Made by a program: the position numbers and the translations under genes. The notes beneath the pieces are model-generated. The model was not told where the DNA came from, did not search any database, and saw only the letters and a list, made by a program, of their open reading frames with translations. Positions 9,622 through 18,613 of a stretch of 64,000 bases of DNA are shown one piece after another. The stretch is taken from assembly GCA_040289515.1 (NCBI GenBank), contig PSLI01000003.1, positions 21,224 to 85,223 on the forward strand. Direction: 5' to 3'. The first letter of the stretch is position 1, and every line of letters begins with the position of its first letter. The DNA is from Candidatus Sysuimicrobiota bacterium (GTDB taxonomy: Bacteria > Sysuimicrobiota > Sysuimicrobiia > Sysuimicrobiales > Sysuimicrobiaceae).

Positions 9622-11186
9622 GTCTTGCAAGAGGACGGGCTGTGGAGTGCCGGCTGGCGAAGCAGGCGCTGAAAGAGCGGGGCCGGTGGTACCTGGAACC
9701 GGTACCAGGTACCGTCCTGTGGGGGCTGGCGTTGCTGGCCGTCCTGGCGGTAGCCGCAGCAGTCCGCTGGGAGCTGCTGGCCACCCGCAGCTTGTGGTAC
9801 GACGAAGGCTACAGCCTGTTTGTGGCCCGTATGGGCGGGCGGCAGATCCTGCAGTTCCTCAAGGCCAACGACGCGCACCCCGCAGGCTACTACGTCCTCC
9901 TCTCCTTCTGGATTCAGCGCTTCGGCGAGGGGCTTCTGGTTGCTCGGCTGCCGTCCTTCGTATTCGGGGTGGCCGCGGTGGCTCTCACGTGGTTGGTGGC
10001 AAGCCGCCTGCACGGGCCCGCTTCAGCCGCGGTCGCCGCGCTGCTCGTGGCAATTCACCCGTTCCAGGTGATGGCGTCCAACGAGCTGCGGATGTACTCG
10101 CTGCTGACGGTGCTGGTGCTTGCCGCCGTTCTTGCCGCGGTGCGGGCCATCCGGGGAGGGGACAGTTGGGCGCTGCTGCTGGGCGTGCTGTGGGCTGCGG
10201 TGGGGTACACGAGCTACTACGGGCTGCTGGCCGTGGTCGGGATGGCTGCCGCGCTGTGGACGGGCGGCCACCGAAAAGTCGCGGGCCTCGCGGCGGCTAC
10301 AGGGCTGGCCCTGTACCTTCCATGGCTCCCGTACCTGGCGGGGTTCTGGCGTGCCAACCCGCAGCTGTGGACGCGGGAGACGCTGTGGTGGGGGTATCCG
10401 GTGGAACTACTCGCCGCGCAGGCCTTCGGAGGGTACTGGCCGGACACGTTCACGTACCACACGTCCTTCCGGGGCTCCGTGTTCCTGTATGTCCCGCTGC
10501 TCGTTCCCTACGGGCTGTTTGCCGCGGCAACGGTGGCACTGGCGGGCCGCGAACGCTCCGAGGGGCTGCGGCTGGTGCGGTGGACCTGGATGACGGCTTT
10601 CGTGGCGATCCTGGGGTTGTCCCTGGCGATGGGCTGGGCCGCTGCTTACCCCCGGCACCTGACTTTCCTGCAGCCGCTGGCGGCGTGCTGGGTGGCCGTG
10701 GGGCTGGTGGAACTCAGCCGGGCGTTGCGGCTGCGGTCCCGGGCGGCGGGGTTGGGGGTGCTGTGGCTTTTGAGCCTGCAGGGTCCTGCGCTGGTGGCCA
10801 TGCAATCCGACCCCCGGTACCAAAGCTACCGGTACGACCTGGCGGCCCGGTTCGTGCAGTCGGCCTTCCGCGCCGGGGACGCGGTGGTGTACGTCCCGGG
10901 CGGCACCTCTCTGGCGTTCGAGTACTACTTCCGTCCGCCGGGCCCGCGGGTGGAAGTGCGGATCCAGCCGCGCCCGTACCGCCCGGAGGAGTGGCGCCCG
11001 CGGTTCGACAGGGGGCTGCGGGCTCTGGTAGGGCAGGTACAGCGGGTGTGGACGGTGACCACGGCGCCCGCGCCCCCCGCAGCGGAGGCGGCGCTGAAGG
11101 AGGCGCTGGGGGCACGGGGCTATCGGGTGGTAGGCGAGCGCGCGTTCCCCGGCCTGAAGGTGAGCCTCGCCGTGCGCGCGCGCTAG
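9618..11186 (+). CDS. GT-C fold membrane glycosyltransferase (GT39/GT83, PMT-like), paralogue of 6676-8247
   Basis: LWYDEGYS, DAHPAGYY, ELRMYSL; shares DxRYQxxRYDLAA with the first GT. Start is GTG 9618 or 9642. Confidence 0.85.
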   Translation: MSLARGRAVECRLAKQALKERGRWYLEPVPGTVLWGLALLAVLAVAAAVRWELLATRSLWYDEGYSLFVARMGGRQILQFLKANDAHPAGYYVLLSFWIQRFGEGLLVARLPSFVFGVAAVALTWLVASRLHGPASAAVAALLVAIHPFQVMASNELRMYSLLTVLVLAAVLAAVRAIRGGDSWALLLGVLWAAVGYTSYYGLLAVVGMAAALWTGGHRKVAGLAAATGLALYLPWLPYLAGFWRANPQLWTRETLWWGYPVELLAAQAFGGYWPDTFTYHTSFRGSVFLYVPLLVPYGLFAAATVALAGRERSEGLRLVRWTWMTAFVAILGLSLAMGWAAAYPRHLTFLQPLAACWVAVGLVELSRALRLRSRAAGLGVLWLLSLQGPALVAMQSDPRYQSYRYDLAARFVQSAFRAGDAVVYVPGGTSLAFEYYFRPPGPRVEVRIQPRPYRPEEWRPRFDRGLRALVGQVQRVWTVTTAPAPPAAEAALKEALGARGYRVVGERAFPGLKVSLAVRAR

Positions 11187-11215
11187 GGCCGCCCCAACGG
11201 TACCGAGAACCGGAG

Positions 11216-11243
11216 TTGACAAAATGGCTAAACCAACTAGGCT
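11216..11243 (+). promoter_or_regulatory. Sigma70-type promoter of relic toxin-antitoxin locus
   Basis: TTGACA, 16 bp, TAGGCT, with a TGG-N5-CCA palindrome in the spacer. Confidence 0.55.
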
Positions 11244-11260
11244 GAAAACTGGCGGACCAA

Positions 11261-11510
11261 GTGGGGAAGATTGTGAACGTGCACGGGGAGAAAGCGCGTT
11301 TGCCGGGGCGGGGAGGAGATCGTAATCGCCAAGCGCGGGAAGCCCTACGCGAGTGTGGTGCCGGCAGGCGAAGACCGGGTGCTGCGGAGCTTTCTGCGGT
11401 TACGCGTCCCGAACACATTTGTCGGGACCCTTGTCGAGCGAGGAGCTAGATCGTCTAGTCTGGTAGCAAACGCATCATGGTGGTTGCTCTCGACCACCCC
11501 AGAACAGGTC
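11261..11510 (+). pseudogene. Decayed Phd/YefM-type antitoxin plus probable VapC 5' remnant
   Basis: Three frames together give GKIVNVHGEKARL / GEEIVIAKRGKPYASVVP / GPLSSEELDRLVW*; followed by WWLLSTTP, resembling the PIN toxin N-terminus. Confidence 0.7.
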
Positions 11511-11656
11511 GGTGGTTGTTGTAGAGCTCCGGGTAGCGGTCGAGGGGGGCCTGCAGGCGCGGGAGGCGGGTGAAGAACCGGCGGCTACTGTTAACTTAAC
11601 GCAACAATTCCGAAGCAGTTCAGCCCCAGGCGGGGAGAAACGCGACCCGGGAGGTG

Positions 11657-13015
11657 ATGGCGGTGGACCACAGGCGATGGGTGGCGGCGGTCGGGCTGGC
11701 GGCGTTCGTGCTGCTGGCGCTGGCTCCGGCGCAGGCCCAGCGAACCGTGACGCTGGTAGCCTGGACCGTTGGGCCGGATAACCCGTCGGTGACTCGCTTC
11801 ACTAACCTGCAGGCGGCGGTCGAGCGCCTGAACAGGGACCTGCAACGAGAGGGGGCGGGGGTTCAGGTCAAGCTGGAGGGGTTCTTCGATACGACCGAGT
11901 GGGACCCGTACCTGCGGCGGGTGCTGCTGGCGTTCCAGAGCGGGAACCCACCCGATCTCGTGCAGGCGTCCCACCCGCTTACCGCCACCTGGGCGGCCGC
12001 GGGATTCATCACGGCCCTCGACGACCTCATTCCCCGGTACCGCCAGTTCGCCGACGTGGTGGAGTCCCTGTGGGACGCGGTGCGGTATCGGGGAAAGATC
12101 TGGGGCATTCCGCAGGACACCGAAGCGCGCCCGCTGTACTTCAACAAGACCCTGCTGAAGCAACTCGGGTGGACCGACCACCAGATCGCCTCCCTGCCCG
12201 AACGGATCACCAAGGGCGAGTTCACCTGGGAGGACGTGCTGACCACCGCCCGGGAGGCCGTGCAGAAGAAGGTGGTGGAATCCGGCAAAGGCTACTACCA
12301 CCGGCCGCGCCCGGGTCCGGACTTCCTTCAGTGGTACCGGTCTTTCGGCGGTCGGGATTTTGACGCCGGCAGCGGCAAGCTGGTCTTCACTCGGGAAGCG
12401 GCGCTGCGGTACTTCCGCTGGCTGCGGGCGGCGGTGGACGCCAGCGTGCTGGAGCGGAACCGCCTCGACGGTGATTGGAGCCGCTTCCACCAGACCGTCA
12501 CCGACGGCAAGGTCCTGTTCTTCTCCGGCGGCACGTGGAACTGGGCGGAGTGGGAGCAGCAGTGGGTGGCCGGCAAGGGCGGCCAGGACTGGCTGTTCGC
12601 CAACTTCGGCTTTGCCCCGCACCCGACCTGGCGGCGGGGAGGCCGGCCGATCACCCTGTCCCAGCCCCAGGCCTACATGATTTCGGCGGCGTCCAAGAAC
12701 AAGCCCCTCGCGATGCGCCTGCTGGCCTACACCACGGTGCCGGACCTGGACGCCAAGCATGCCGTGGGCAGCGCGCACCTCCCGGTGCTGCGCACCACGG
12801 CCCGGTTGATCAGGGACCGCTTCCTCCGGGAAGTGAGCTACCTGCTCACCTACACGACGTTCCAGCCGCCGCATCCGGACCTACCGCGGTGGCAGGACGC
12901 CCTCTTCCGGGGAGTGTCGGCGGTGGAGGCCGGCCAGGTCACACCCGAACAGGCCGTGGACCTGGTGGCAGCTGAGATGCAGCGCGCCATCGGGGATAAG
13001 GTCGTCATCGAGTAG
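11657..13015 (+). CDS. Carbohydrate ABC transporter substrate-binding protein
   Basis: Signal peptide (AQA cleavage site); GKIWGIPQDTEARPLYFNK; first gene of an ABC operon. Confidence 0.93.
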   Translation: MAVDHRRWVAAVGLAAFVLLALAPAQAQRTVTLVAWTVGPDNPSVTRFTNLQAAVERLNRDLQREGAGVQVKLEGFFDTTEWDPYLRRVLLAFQSGNPPDLVQASHPLTATWAAAGFITALDDLIPRYRQFADVVESLWDAVRYRGKIWGIPQDTEARPLYFNKTLLKQLGWTDHQIASLPERITKGEFTWEDVLTTAREAVQKKVVESGKGYYHRPRPGPDFLQWYRSFGGRDFDAGSGKLVFTREAALRYFRWLRAAVDASVLERNRLDGDWSRFHQTVTDGKVLFFSGGTWNWAEWEQQWVAGKGGQDWLFANFGFAPHPTWRRGGRPITLSQPQAYMISAASKNKPLAMRLLAYTTVPDLDAKHAVGSAHLPVLRTTARLIRDRFLREVSYLLTYTTFQPPHPDLPRWQDALFRGVSAVEAGQVTPEQAVDLVAAEMQRAIGDKVVIE

Positions 13016-13073
13016 AGGGTGCGGCGGGCGCAGGCGGCTGCGCTGCCTGCGCCCGCCCAAGCCTGGCGACGTC

Positions 13074-14054
13074 ATGGGAGAACCGGAGCGGGTCGCCGGG
13101 AGAATGCAGGTACAGGCCCGGCTTGCCAGGGAAGCGACCATCGGGCGGGCCCGGACGTGGGCGCGGCGCCATCTGACGCCGGCGGCGTTCCTGGCTCCGG
13201 CCACCATCCTGATCGTGCTGTTCTTCCTGGTGCCCGTGGTGGCCACGCTGCTGCTGTCCCTCACCGATATCTCCACCGTCACCTTCCGCGCCCCCCGGTG
13301 GGTGGGGCTGGAGAACTACCGCTACCTCTTCCGGGATCCCTTTCTCCCCAGGATCCTGCTGAACACCGCTCGGTACGTGGGGCTCACGCTGCTGTTTAAC
13401 GTGGGGATGGGGCTGACCCTGGCCCTGCTGAGCACGTCCGTACGCCCGGGGTACGGCAATCAGGTCCGCGCCCTGTGGCTGCTACCCCGCATCATGCCGC
13501 CGGTGGTGTACGTGCTGGTGTGGCAGGGTCTCACCCGCGAGGCTCCCTACGGGCTGGTGGGGATCCTTACCGGCAGCTCGCGCAGCTGGATTACCGAACA
13601 TCCGTGGACGACCATCGTGCTGGCCAACGGCATGGTGGGGGCGTCTTTCGGGATGCTGATCTTCACCTCGGCGATCCGCTCGATGTCGCCCGAGTTGTTC
13701 TACGCGGCGGCGGTGGATGGCGCCACCACCTGGCAGACGGTCCGACGGGTGGTTCTACCCTTGCTACGCTGGCCGATCCTGTTCGTCACGGCCTACCAGA
13801 CCCTCTCGCTGCTCACCTCCTTTGAGTACATCCTCCTGCTGACCGACGGCGGACCGGGGTTCTTCACCACCACGGTCTGGTCGCTGCACGCCTACAAGCT
13901 GGCCCTGTCCAACTACTACGGCAACGTGCAATTCGGCCTGGGGGCGGCGATGGCCGCGGTTTTGGTGGTGATCGGCGTGGTGGTCTCTGTTTTGTACCTG
14001 CGCATCTTCAACTTCCGGGCGCTGATCGGCGAGCCAAAGATCGAGGTACCGTGA
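13074..14054 (+). CDS. Carbohydrate ABC transporter permease 1
   Basis: WVGLENYRYLF and EAA-like loop ELFYAAAVDGATTWQ. Confidence 0.93.
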   Translation: MGEPERVAGRMQVQARLAREATIGRARTWARRHLTPAAFLAPATILIVLFFLVPVVATLLLSLTDISTVTFRAPRWVGLENYRYLFRDPFLPRILLNTARYVGLTLLFNVGMGLTLALLSTSVRPGYGNQVRALWLLPRIMPPVVYVLVWQGLTREAPYGLVGILTGSSRSWITEHPWTTIVLANGMVGASFGMLIFTSAIRSMSPELFYAAAVDGATTWQTVRRVVLPLLRWPILFVTAYQTLSLLTSFEYILLLTDGGPGFFTTTVWSLHAYKLALSNYYGNVQFGLGAAMAAVLVVIGVVVSVLYLRIFNFRALIGEPKIEVP

Positions 14055-14878
14055 TGCCGCTGCTCCCGCCCCGGTGGCGCTTGCTCGTGCTGGTGCTGGC
14101 CGTGCTGACCCTGCCCATCGTCACCGGGGTGCTGTGGCTGCTGCTCACGGGATGGTTCGACGTGGTCCATGGGTTGCTGCCCGTCGGCGGGGGGTCGTTG
14201 GAGAACTGGCGCTTTCTGTGGACATCGGTGGGCGGCCGGCCCCCCCTGCGGATCCCCTTGATGAACTCCTTGATCTTCGCCGGCGTGGTGGCGACCCTGG
14301 AGGTGGTGATCGCGTCCATGGCCGGCTACGCCATCGCCCGCATGGCGTTTCCCGGGCGCCGGGGATTGCTGGGGCTGGTTCTGGTCCTGCACGCGTTTCC
14401 CGCGGTCAGCCTGCTGATCGCCATCTTCTACATTCTGCGGATTCTCGGGCTGTTTGATACCTTGCTGGGTGTGATCCTGGTGAAGGTCGCCCTGGAGCTG
14501 CCCCTGGGGATCTGGTTGATGAAGGGATTCTTTGACTACCTGTCCTGGGAAATCGAGATGGCGGCGCTGGTGGACGGCATGTCCCGGTGGGGGGTGTTCT
14601 GGAGAATCGCCCTGCCCATGGCCCGGCCAGGCTTGCTAGCCTTGGGCACGTTTGCGCTGCTGTCGGCGTGGGGAGAGTTCATCTTGCCCTTCACGCTGAT
14701 CGTCTCCAGCCAACGGTGGACCATGGCCATGTACATGCAGAGCTTCTTGAGTGAGGCGTTCACCGACTTTGGAATGATGGCCGCGGTGGGCCTGGTGTAT
14801 GCGGCGCCGGTCCTGATCCTGTTCGCTCTGGGTCAGCGCTACTTGCTGAACATTTACACGGGAGGCGTGAAAGGGTGA
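14051..14878 (+). CDS. Carbohydrate ABC transporter permease 2
   Basis: EIEMAALVDGMSRWGVFWRIALP EAA loop; six TM segments. Confidence 0.93.
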   Translation: MMPLLPPRWRLLVLVLAVLTLPIVTGVLWLLLTGWFDVVHGLLPVGGGSLENWRFLWTSVGGRPPLRIPLMNSLIFAGVVATLEVVIASMAGYAIARMAFPGRRGLLGLVLVLHAFPAVSLLIAIFYILRILGLFDTLLGVILVKVALELPLGIWLMKGFFDYLSWEIEMAALVDGMSRWGVFWRIALPMARPGLLALGTFALLSAWGEFILPFTLIVSSQRWTMAMYMQSFLSEAFTDFGMMAAVGLVYAAPVLILFALGQRYLLNIYTGGVKG

Positions 14879-15921
14879 GGGGAATCCGGGTTCGTCTGGA
14901 GCGGCTGAGCAAGCGTTTTGGCCACGTGGTGGCCGTCCAGGCACTGGATCTGGAGGTGGCGCCGGGCGAGTTGCTGGCGCTCTTGGGACCGTCGGGATGC
15001 GGTAAGAGCACCACGTTGCTGATGATCGCCGGTATTTACCAGCCCACCGCCGGTGCCATCTACTTCGGGGAGCGGCGGGTGGACCACCTTCCCCCCCGGG
15101 ACCGCGACGTAGGGATGGTCTTCCAATCCTACGCCCTGTATCCCCACCTGACCCTTTTCGAGAACATCGCGTTCCCTCTGCGGCTGAAGCGGCGTTCTTC
15201 CGTTGAGGTCACCAGGGTGGTGCGCCGCACAGCGGAGCTCCTGGGGATCGCGCCGGTGCTAGACCGGTATCCGGCCCAGGTGTCCGGCGGCCAGCAACAG
15301 CGAGCGGCTCTGGCCCGGGCGCTGGTGAAGGAGCCACAGGTGTTGCTGCTGGACGAGCCGTTGTCGAACCTGGATGCTCAGATCCGGGTGCAAGCCCGGG
15401 GAGAGATCCGTCGGCTCCAGCAGGAGCTGGGCATAACCACCATGCTGGTCACCCACGATCAGGCCGAGGCGCTGGCCATGGCCGACCGGGTGGCGGTGTT
15501 CTCCATGGGCCAACTGCTGCAGGTGGCCACGCCTGACGAACTGTACCGGCGGCCAGCCAACACCTTCGTGGCCCGGTTTGTCGGCCACCCACCCATGAAC
15601 GTGTTGGAGGGCACCTTCACCGACGGGCAGTTCGTCGCTGGGTCGCTGCGGTTTCCGCTGCTGGTGGCGGCGCCCCCGGGCCCGGGATACCTGGGCATCC
15701 GTCCCGAGGACGCCCACCTGCGGGGTTCCATCCCTGGCCGTGTCGTGGTGGTGGAGTCTCAGGGGCGCCACGCCCTGGTGACCGTGGACGTCGGGGGGGT
15801 CGAGCTGAAGGTGCTGGTGGATCAGGGCGACCGCCCGGCGGTGGGAGCACAGGTCGGGGTGGGAGTGGAGCCCCCCGCCGTCCACCTGTTCGACATGTCC
15901 GGAGTACGCATCGAACCGTAG
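14875..15921 (+). CDS. ABC transporter ATP-binding protein (MalK/UgpC-like)
   Basis: GPSGCGKST, VSGGQQQR, LLLDEPLSNLD and TOBE domain. Confidence 0.96.
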   Translation: MRGIRVRLERLSKRFGHVVAVQALDLEVAPGELLALLGPSGCGKSTTLLMIAGIYQPTAGAIYFGERRVDHLPPRDRDVGMVFQSYALYPHLTLFENIAFPLRLKRRSSVEVTRVVRRTAELLGIAPVLDRYPAQVSGGQQQRAALARALVKEPQVLLLDEPLSNLDAQIRVQARGEIRRLQQELGITTMLVTHDQAEALAMADRVAVFSMGQLLQVATPDELYRRPANTFVARFVGHPPMNVLEGTFTDGQFVAGSLRFPLLVAAPPGPGYLGIRPEDAHLRGSIPGRVVVVESQGRHALVTVDVGGVELKVLVDQGDRPAVGAQVGVGVEPPAVHLFDMSGVRIEP

Positions 15922-15933
15922 GAGGTGGCGGCG

Positions 15934-16283
15934 ATGGGTACGGGGAACGCGGTGCCCAAACGGTACCGTACCGGCTCAGGTGGCTGCTGGAGGAGAACCT
16001 GGACGGGCTGACCCGCACCGAGATCTTCGGTCCCGTGCGGACCCTGGTCCGTGTGTGGACGGTGGGGGAGGCCGTCGCGGTAGTGGAACGCACCGGCTAC
16101 AGGCACACGGCCAACGTGGGCATCCAGGTCGGGGGGGCAGCCCTCATGACCTTCTTCTCGTGTGCCGGGTGGGAGGAGAGCGTCCTTGGCGACCTGCACG
16201 GGCAGGAGCGCGGCGCGATGGAGTTCTATACCGAAAAGAAGGTGGCCGTGGAGGCTTGGCCCGAGTCCTGGGCCCGTCGGTGA
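15934..16283 (+). pseudogene. Internally deleted methylmalonate-semialdehyde dehydrogenase (IolA/MmsA-like) relic
   Basis: LRWLLEENLDGLTRT joined directly to EIFGPV...FFSCAGWEESVLGDLHGQERGAMEFYTEKKV..WP; SD-preceded ATG 15934 is out of frame with this segment. Confidence 0.75.
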
Positions 16284-17215
16284 CCGTGGCTCCCGCCCTG
16301 CCCGCAAACCTGACGTATGCTGGTCGCCAGGTGACCCTTAAGTACCACAAGCTGCTGTCCGGCCTGGGACGCCACCCCCCCAACAGCCTCGCAGCGTTAC
16401 GGGAGGTGCTGGACGGCGGCGCGGCCGCCATCGAGTTCGACATCCAGCCTTTGGCCGACGGCGACTACGCGCTGCTGCATGATGGCCGCTTGGAGAGCGA
16501 GACGACCGGATTCGGAGCCGTGGACAGGACCGTTACCCGTGCGCTGAAGGCGCTACGCCTGCGCGGGTCGGACGAGCCGCCGACCACCCTGTCCGAGGTC
16601 GCGGCGGTCCTGGCGAGCCACCGGGCGCCGCTGAAGGTCCAGGTGGACTGCAAGGAGCAGCGACCATGGTCGGAGGCGGACGCGCGGCGCCTGCTGAAGG
16701 CCCTCGAGCCGATCCGCCGCAACCCCCATCTCCGGGTGGTAGTCGGATGTTTAGCGGACTGGAACCTGCGCCTGTTACGCCGCCTGGACCCCACGGTGGT
16801 GGTCGGGCTGGATTTCATGCTGTACCTGGACAGCCCGGTGGACGATGCGATCCGGCTCCCCACTCGGGTGAACGCGTACGGCTACCTGGATGACCACCCC
16901 GTGGGCTACCGCCGCGCCCTGCCGGTGGCCGACTACCTGGCCGACCGGGTGGAGAGCCTCAGCATGATGGTGGCTGGGGCCGAGGAGTTCTACCTGAGAA
17001 AGGAGTTCATCCTCCAGGCGCTCGGGGACGGGTTCAATCCCGTGGTATTCCTGCGGGAGCGCCTGGGCCGGCCGGTGGTGATCGACGCATGGACGGTAAA
17101 TGCCCATCACCCCGGCGCCCGGGACGAGCTGGAGGCGGTGCTGCGGGCGGGGGTGGACCAGATCACCACCGACACGGCCACTGCGCTCGCAGCGCTGGCG
17201 GAGGGCCTGGGATGA
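16280..17215 (+). CDS. Glycerophosphodiester phosphodiesterase family protein (divergent)
   Basis: PPNSLAAL, IEFDIQ, LLHD, AWTVN and GVDQITTD TIM-barrel motifs. Confidence 0.88.
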   Translation: MTVAPALPANLTYAGRQVTLKYHKLLSGLGRHPPNSLAALREVLDGGAAAIEFDIQPLADGDYALLHDGRLESETTGFGAVDRTVTRALKALRLRGSDEPPTTLSEVAAVLASHRAPLKVQVDCKEQRPWSEADARRLLKALEPIRRNPHLRVVVGCLADWNLRLLRRLDPTVVVGLDFMLYLDSPVDDAIRLPTRVNAYGYLDDHPVGYRRALPVADYLADRVESLSMMVAGAEEFYLRKEFILQALGDGFNPVVFLRERLGRPVVIDAWTVNAHHPGARDELEAVLRAGVDQITTDTATALAALAEGLG

Positions 17216-17294
17216 GTCCGTGGCTGACAGCCGGCCGTCGCTTGGTCCTCACTCGCCGCGGTGCCTCAGCTGTCGCGCCGGAGAACAGCCGGTT

Positions 17295-17500
17295 GTGAAC
17301 GCCTTTCTCCCGCCCCACAAAGGCAAAAGCCTCTGCGGCTTCGACGGTTTTTGAAGAAGGCCAGCGCCCTGTGCGCGATCCAATAGATCCCGGGCCACCT
17401 GCGAGATCGGCCGCCCTGAGGTGCGGATCGACTGCGCCGCCTCCTCCGGGAACTGCCGCGGGGAAGGGGGTCTGTTCCTGGGCATCGTGGATCCCCCCTT
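17295..17500 (-). mobile_element. IS3-family transposase remnant (OrfA start, OrfA end and OrfB start, internally deleted)
   Basis: MPRNRPPSPRQFPEEAAQSIRTSGRPISQVARDL (ATG 17485), then RALAFF and EAFAFVGREK in other frames; no integrase core. Confidence 0.65.
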
Positions 17501-17516
17501 GCACCGGGGACGGGCC

Positions 17517-18470
17517 TTAGGGGAGGGCCGTGCGCGTGGAGGGGCTGCCCGCGCGGTCCGGGCGCCCGGTTGCCAGGGTTTCGGCCCCCTCCGTGCGGAA
17601 CGGGCCCGCTGGGGCGCGGAGCAGCTCGGCAAGGATCTCCAGCCCGCGGACGATGCGGGGGCCGGGCCGGTTGAAGTAGGCGGTGGCGTTCGTCAGGTAC
17701 ACGCGGCCCGAGCGCACCGCGGGCAGAGTGTCCCACCCCGGCCGGTCCGTGAGCAGGTGGACCTCGCGCCGGGCGCGCTCCAGGTCGAACCCGCACGGCA
17801 TAACCACCAGCACCTCCGGCCGGGCTGCGCGCACTGCCTCCCAGCTCACCACGTACGAGGGTTCCCCGGGACGTCCCAGCACGTCCTGACCTCCTGCCAG
17901 CTCCACCATCTCCGGGACCCAGTGCCCGGCGACAAATAGGGGGTCGAGCCACTCCAGGCACACCACCCGCGGCCGCGGCTGTGGCGGGGGAAGCCGCCTT
18001 ACGGCCTCGATCCGGGCTTCCAGCTCGGCCACTAGCCGGCTCGCGGCCCCTTCGGCGCCCGTGCGGCACCCCACTTCCACAACCGTCTGCAGGATGTCGT
18101 AAAGCCCCTTGGGCTCCAAAGACACGATGGTGGGATTCCCTTCCAGGACCCGCGCCGCGCGCTGCACCTCGTGGAACGAGGGGGCGCACACCGGGCACAG
18201 CTCCTGGGTGAGGATGAGATCCGGACCCAGCGCGGCGAGCCTGGCAGCGTCCAGGTGGTACACGCTGGTGCCCCGGTGCAAAGCCTCACGCACCGCGGCG
18301 TTGATGACGTTGCTGGGTGCTTGAGGATCCACCACGGCCTGGCTCAGCACGGGCTTGCCCGCCACCTCCGGCGGCCAGTCGCAGTCGTGGGAAACCCCCA
18401 CCAGATGGTCGGCCAGTCCGAGGGCGCACACGATCTCGGTGGCGCTGGGCAGCAGGGAAACGATCCGCAC
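17517..18470 (-). CDS. BtuF/cobalamin-binding type ABC substrate-binding family protein
   Basis: MRIVSLLPSATEIVCALG, GVSHDCDWP, TQELCPVCA, FNRPGPRIV. Confidence 0.9.
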   Translation of the reverse strand: MRIVSLLPSATEIVCALGLADHLVGVSHDCDWPPEVAGKPVLSQAVVDPQAPSNVINAAVREALHRGTSVYHLDAARLAALGPDLILTQELCPVCAPSFHEVQRAARVLEGNPTIVSLEPKGLYDILQTVVEVGCRTGAEGAASRLVAELEARIEAVRRLPPPQPRPRVVCLEWLDPLFVAGHWVPEMVELAGGQDVLGRPGEPSYVVSWEAVRAARPEVLVVMPCGFDLERARREVHLLTDRPGWDTLPAVRSGRVYLTNATAYFNRPGPRIVRGLEILAELLRAPAGPFRTEGAETLATGRPDRAGSPSTRTALP

Positions 18471-18613
18471 AAGCCCCTCCGCTCAGGGCCAGGGTACCCT
18501 GGGCTGGGGTGGGCTGCAACCGCCACCTTTGCACGGACGGCACCGGGTCGTGCGATCCTTGAACCGGGGGCACCCGACGGCCCGTGGGGGGGAAGGCAGC
18601 CTGGGAGGCAAAC

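Noticed and set aside
6450..11245. Long overlapping ORFs 6450-8369 and 9647-11245, and the 5' part of 9030-11186
   Set aside because: Alternative frames of the GT-C genes with no coding signal of their own.
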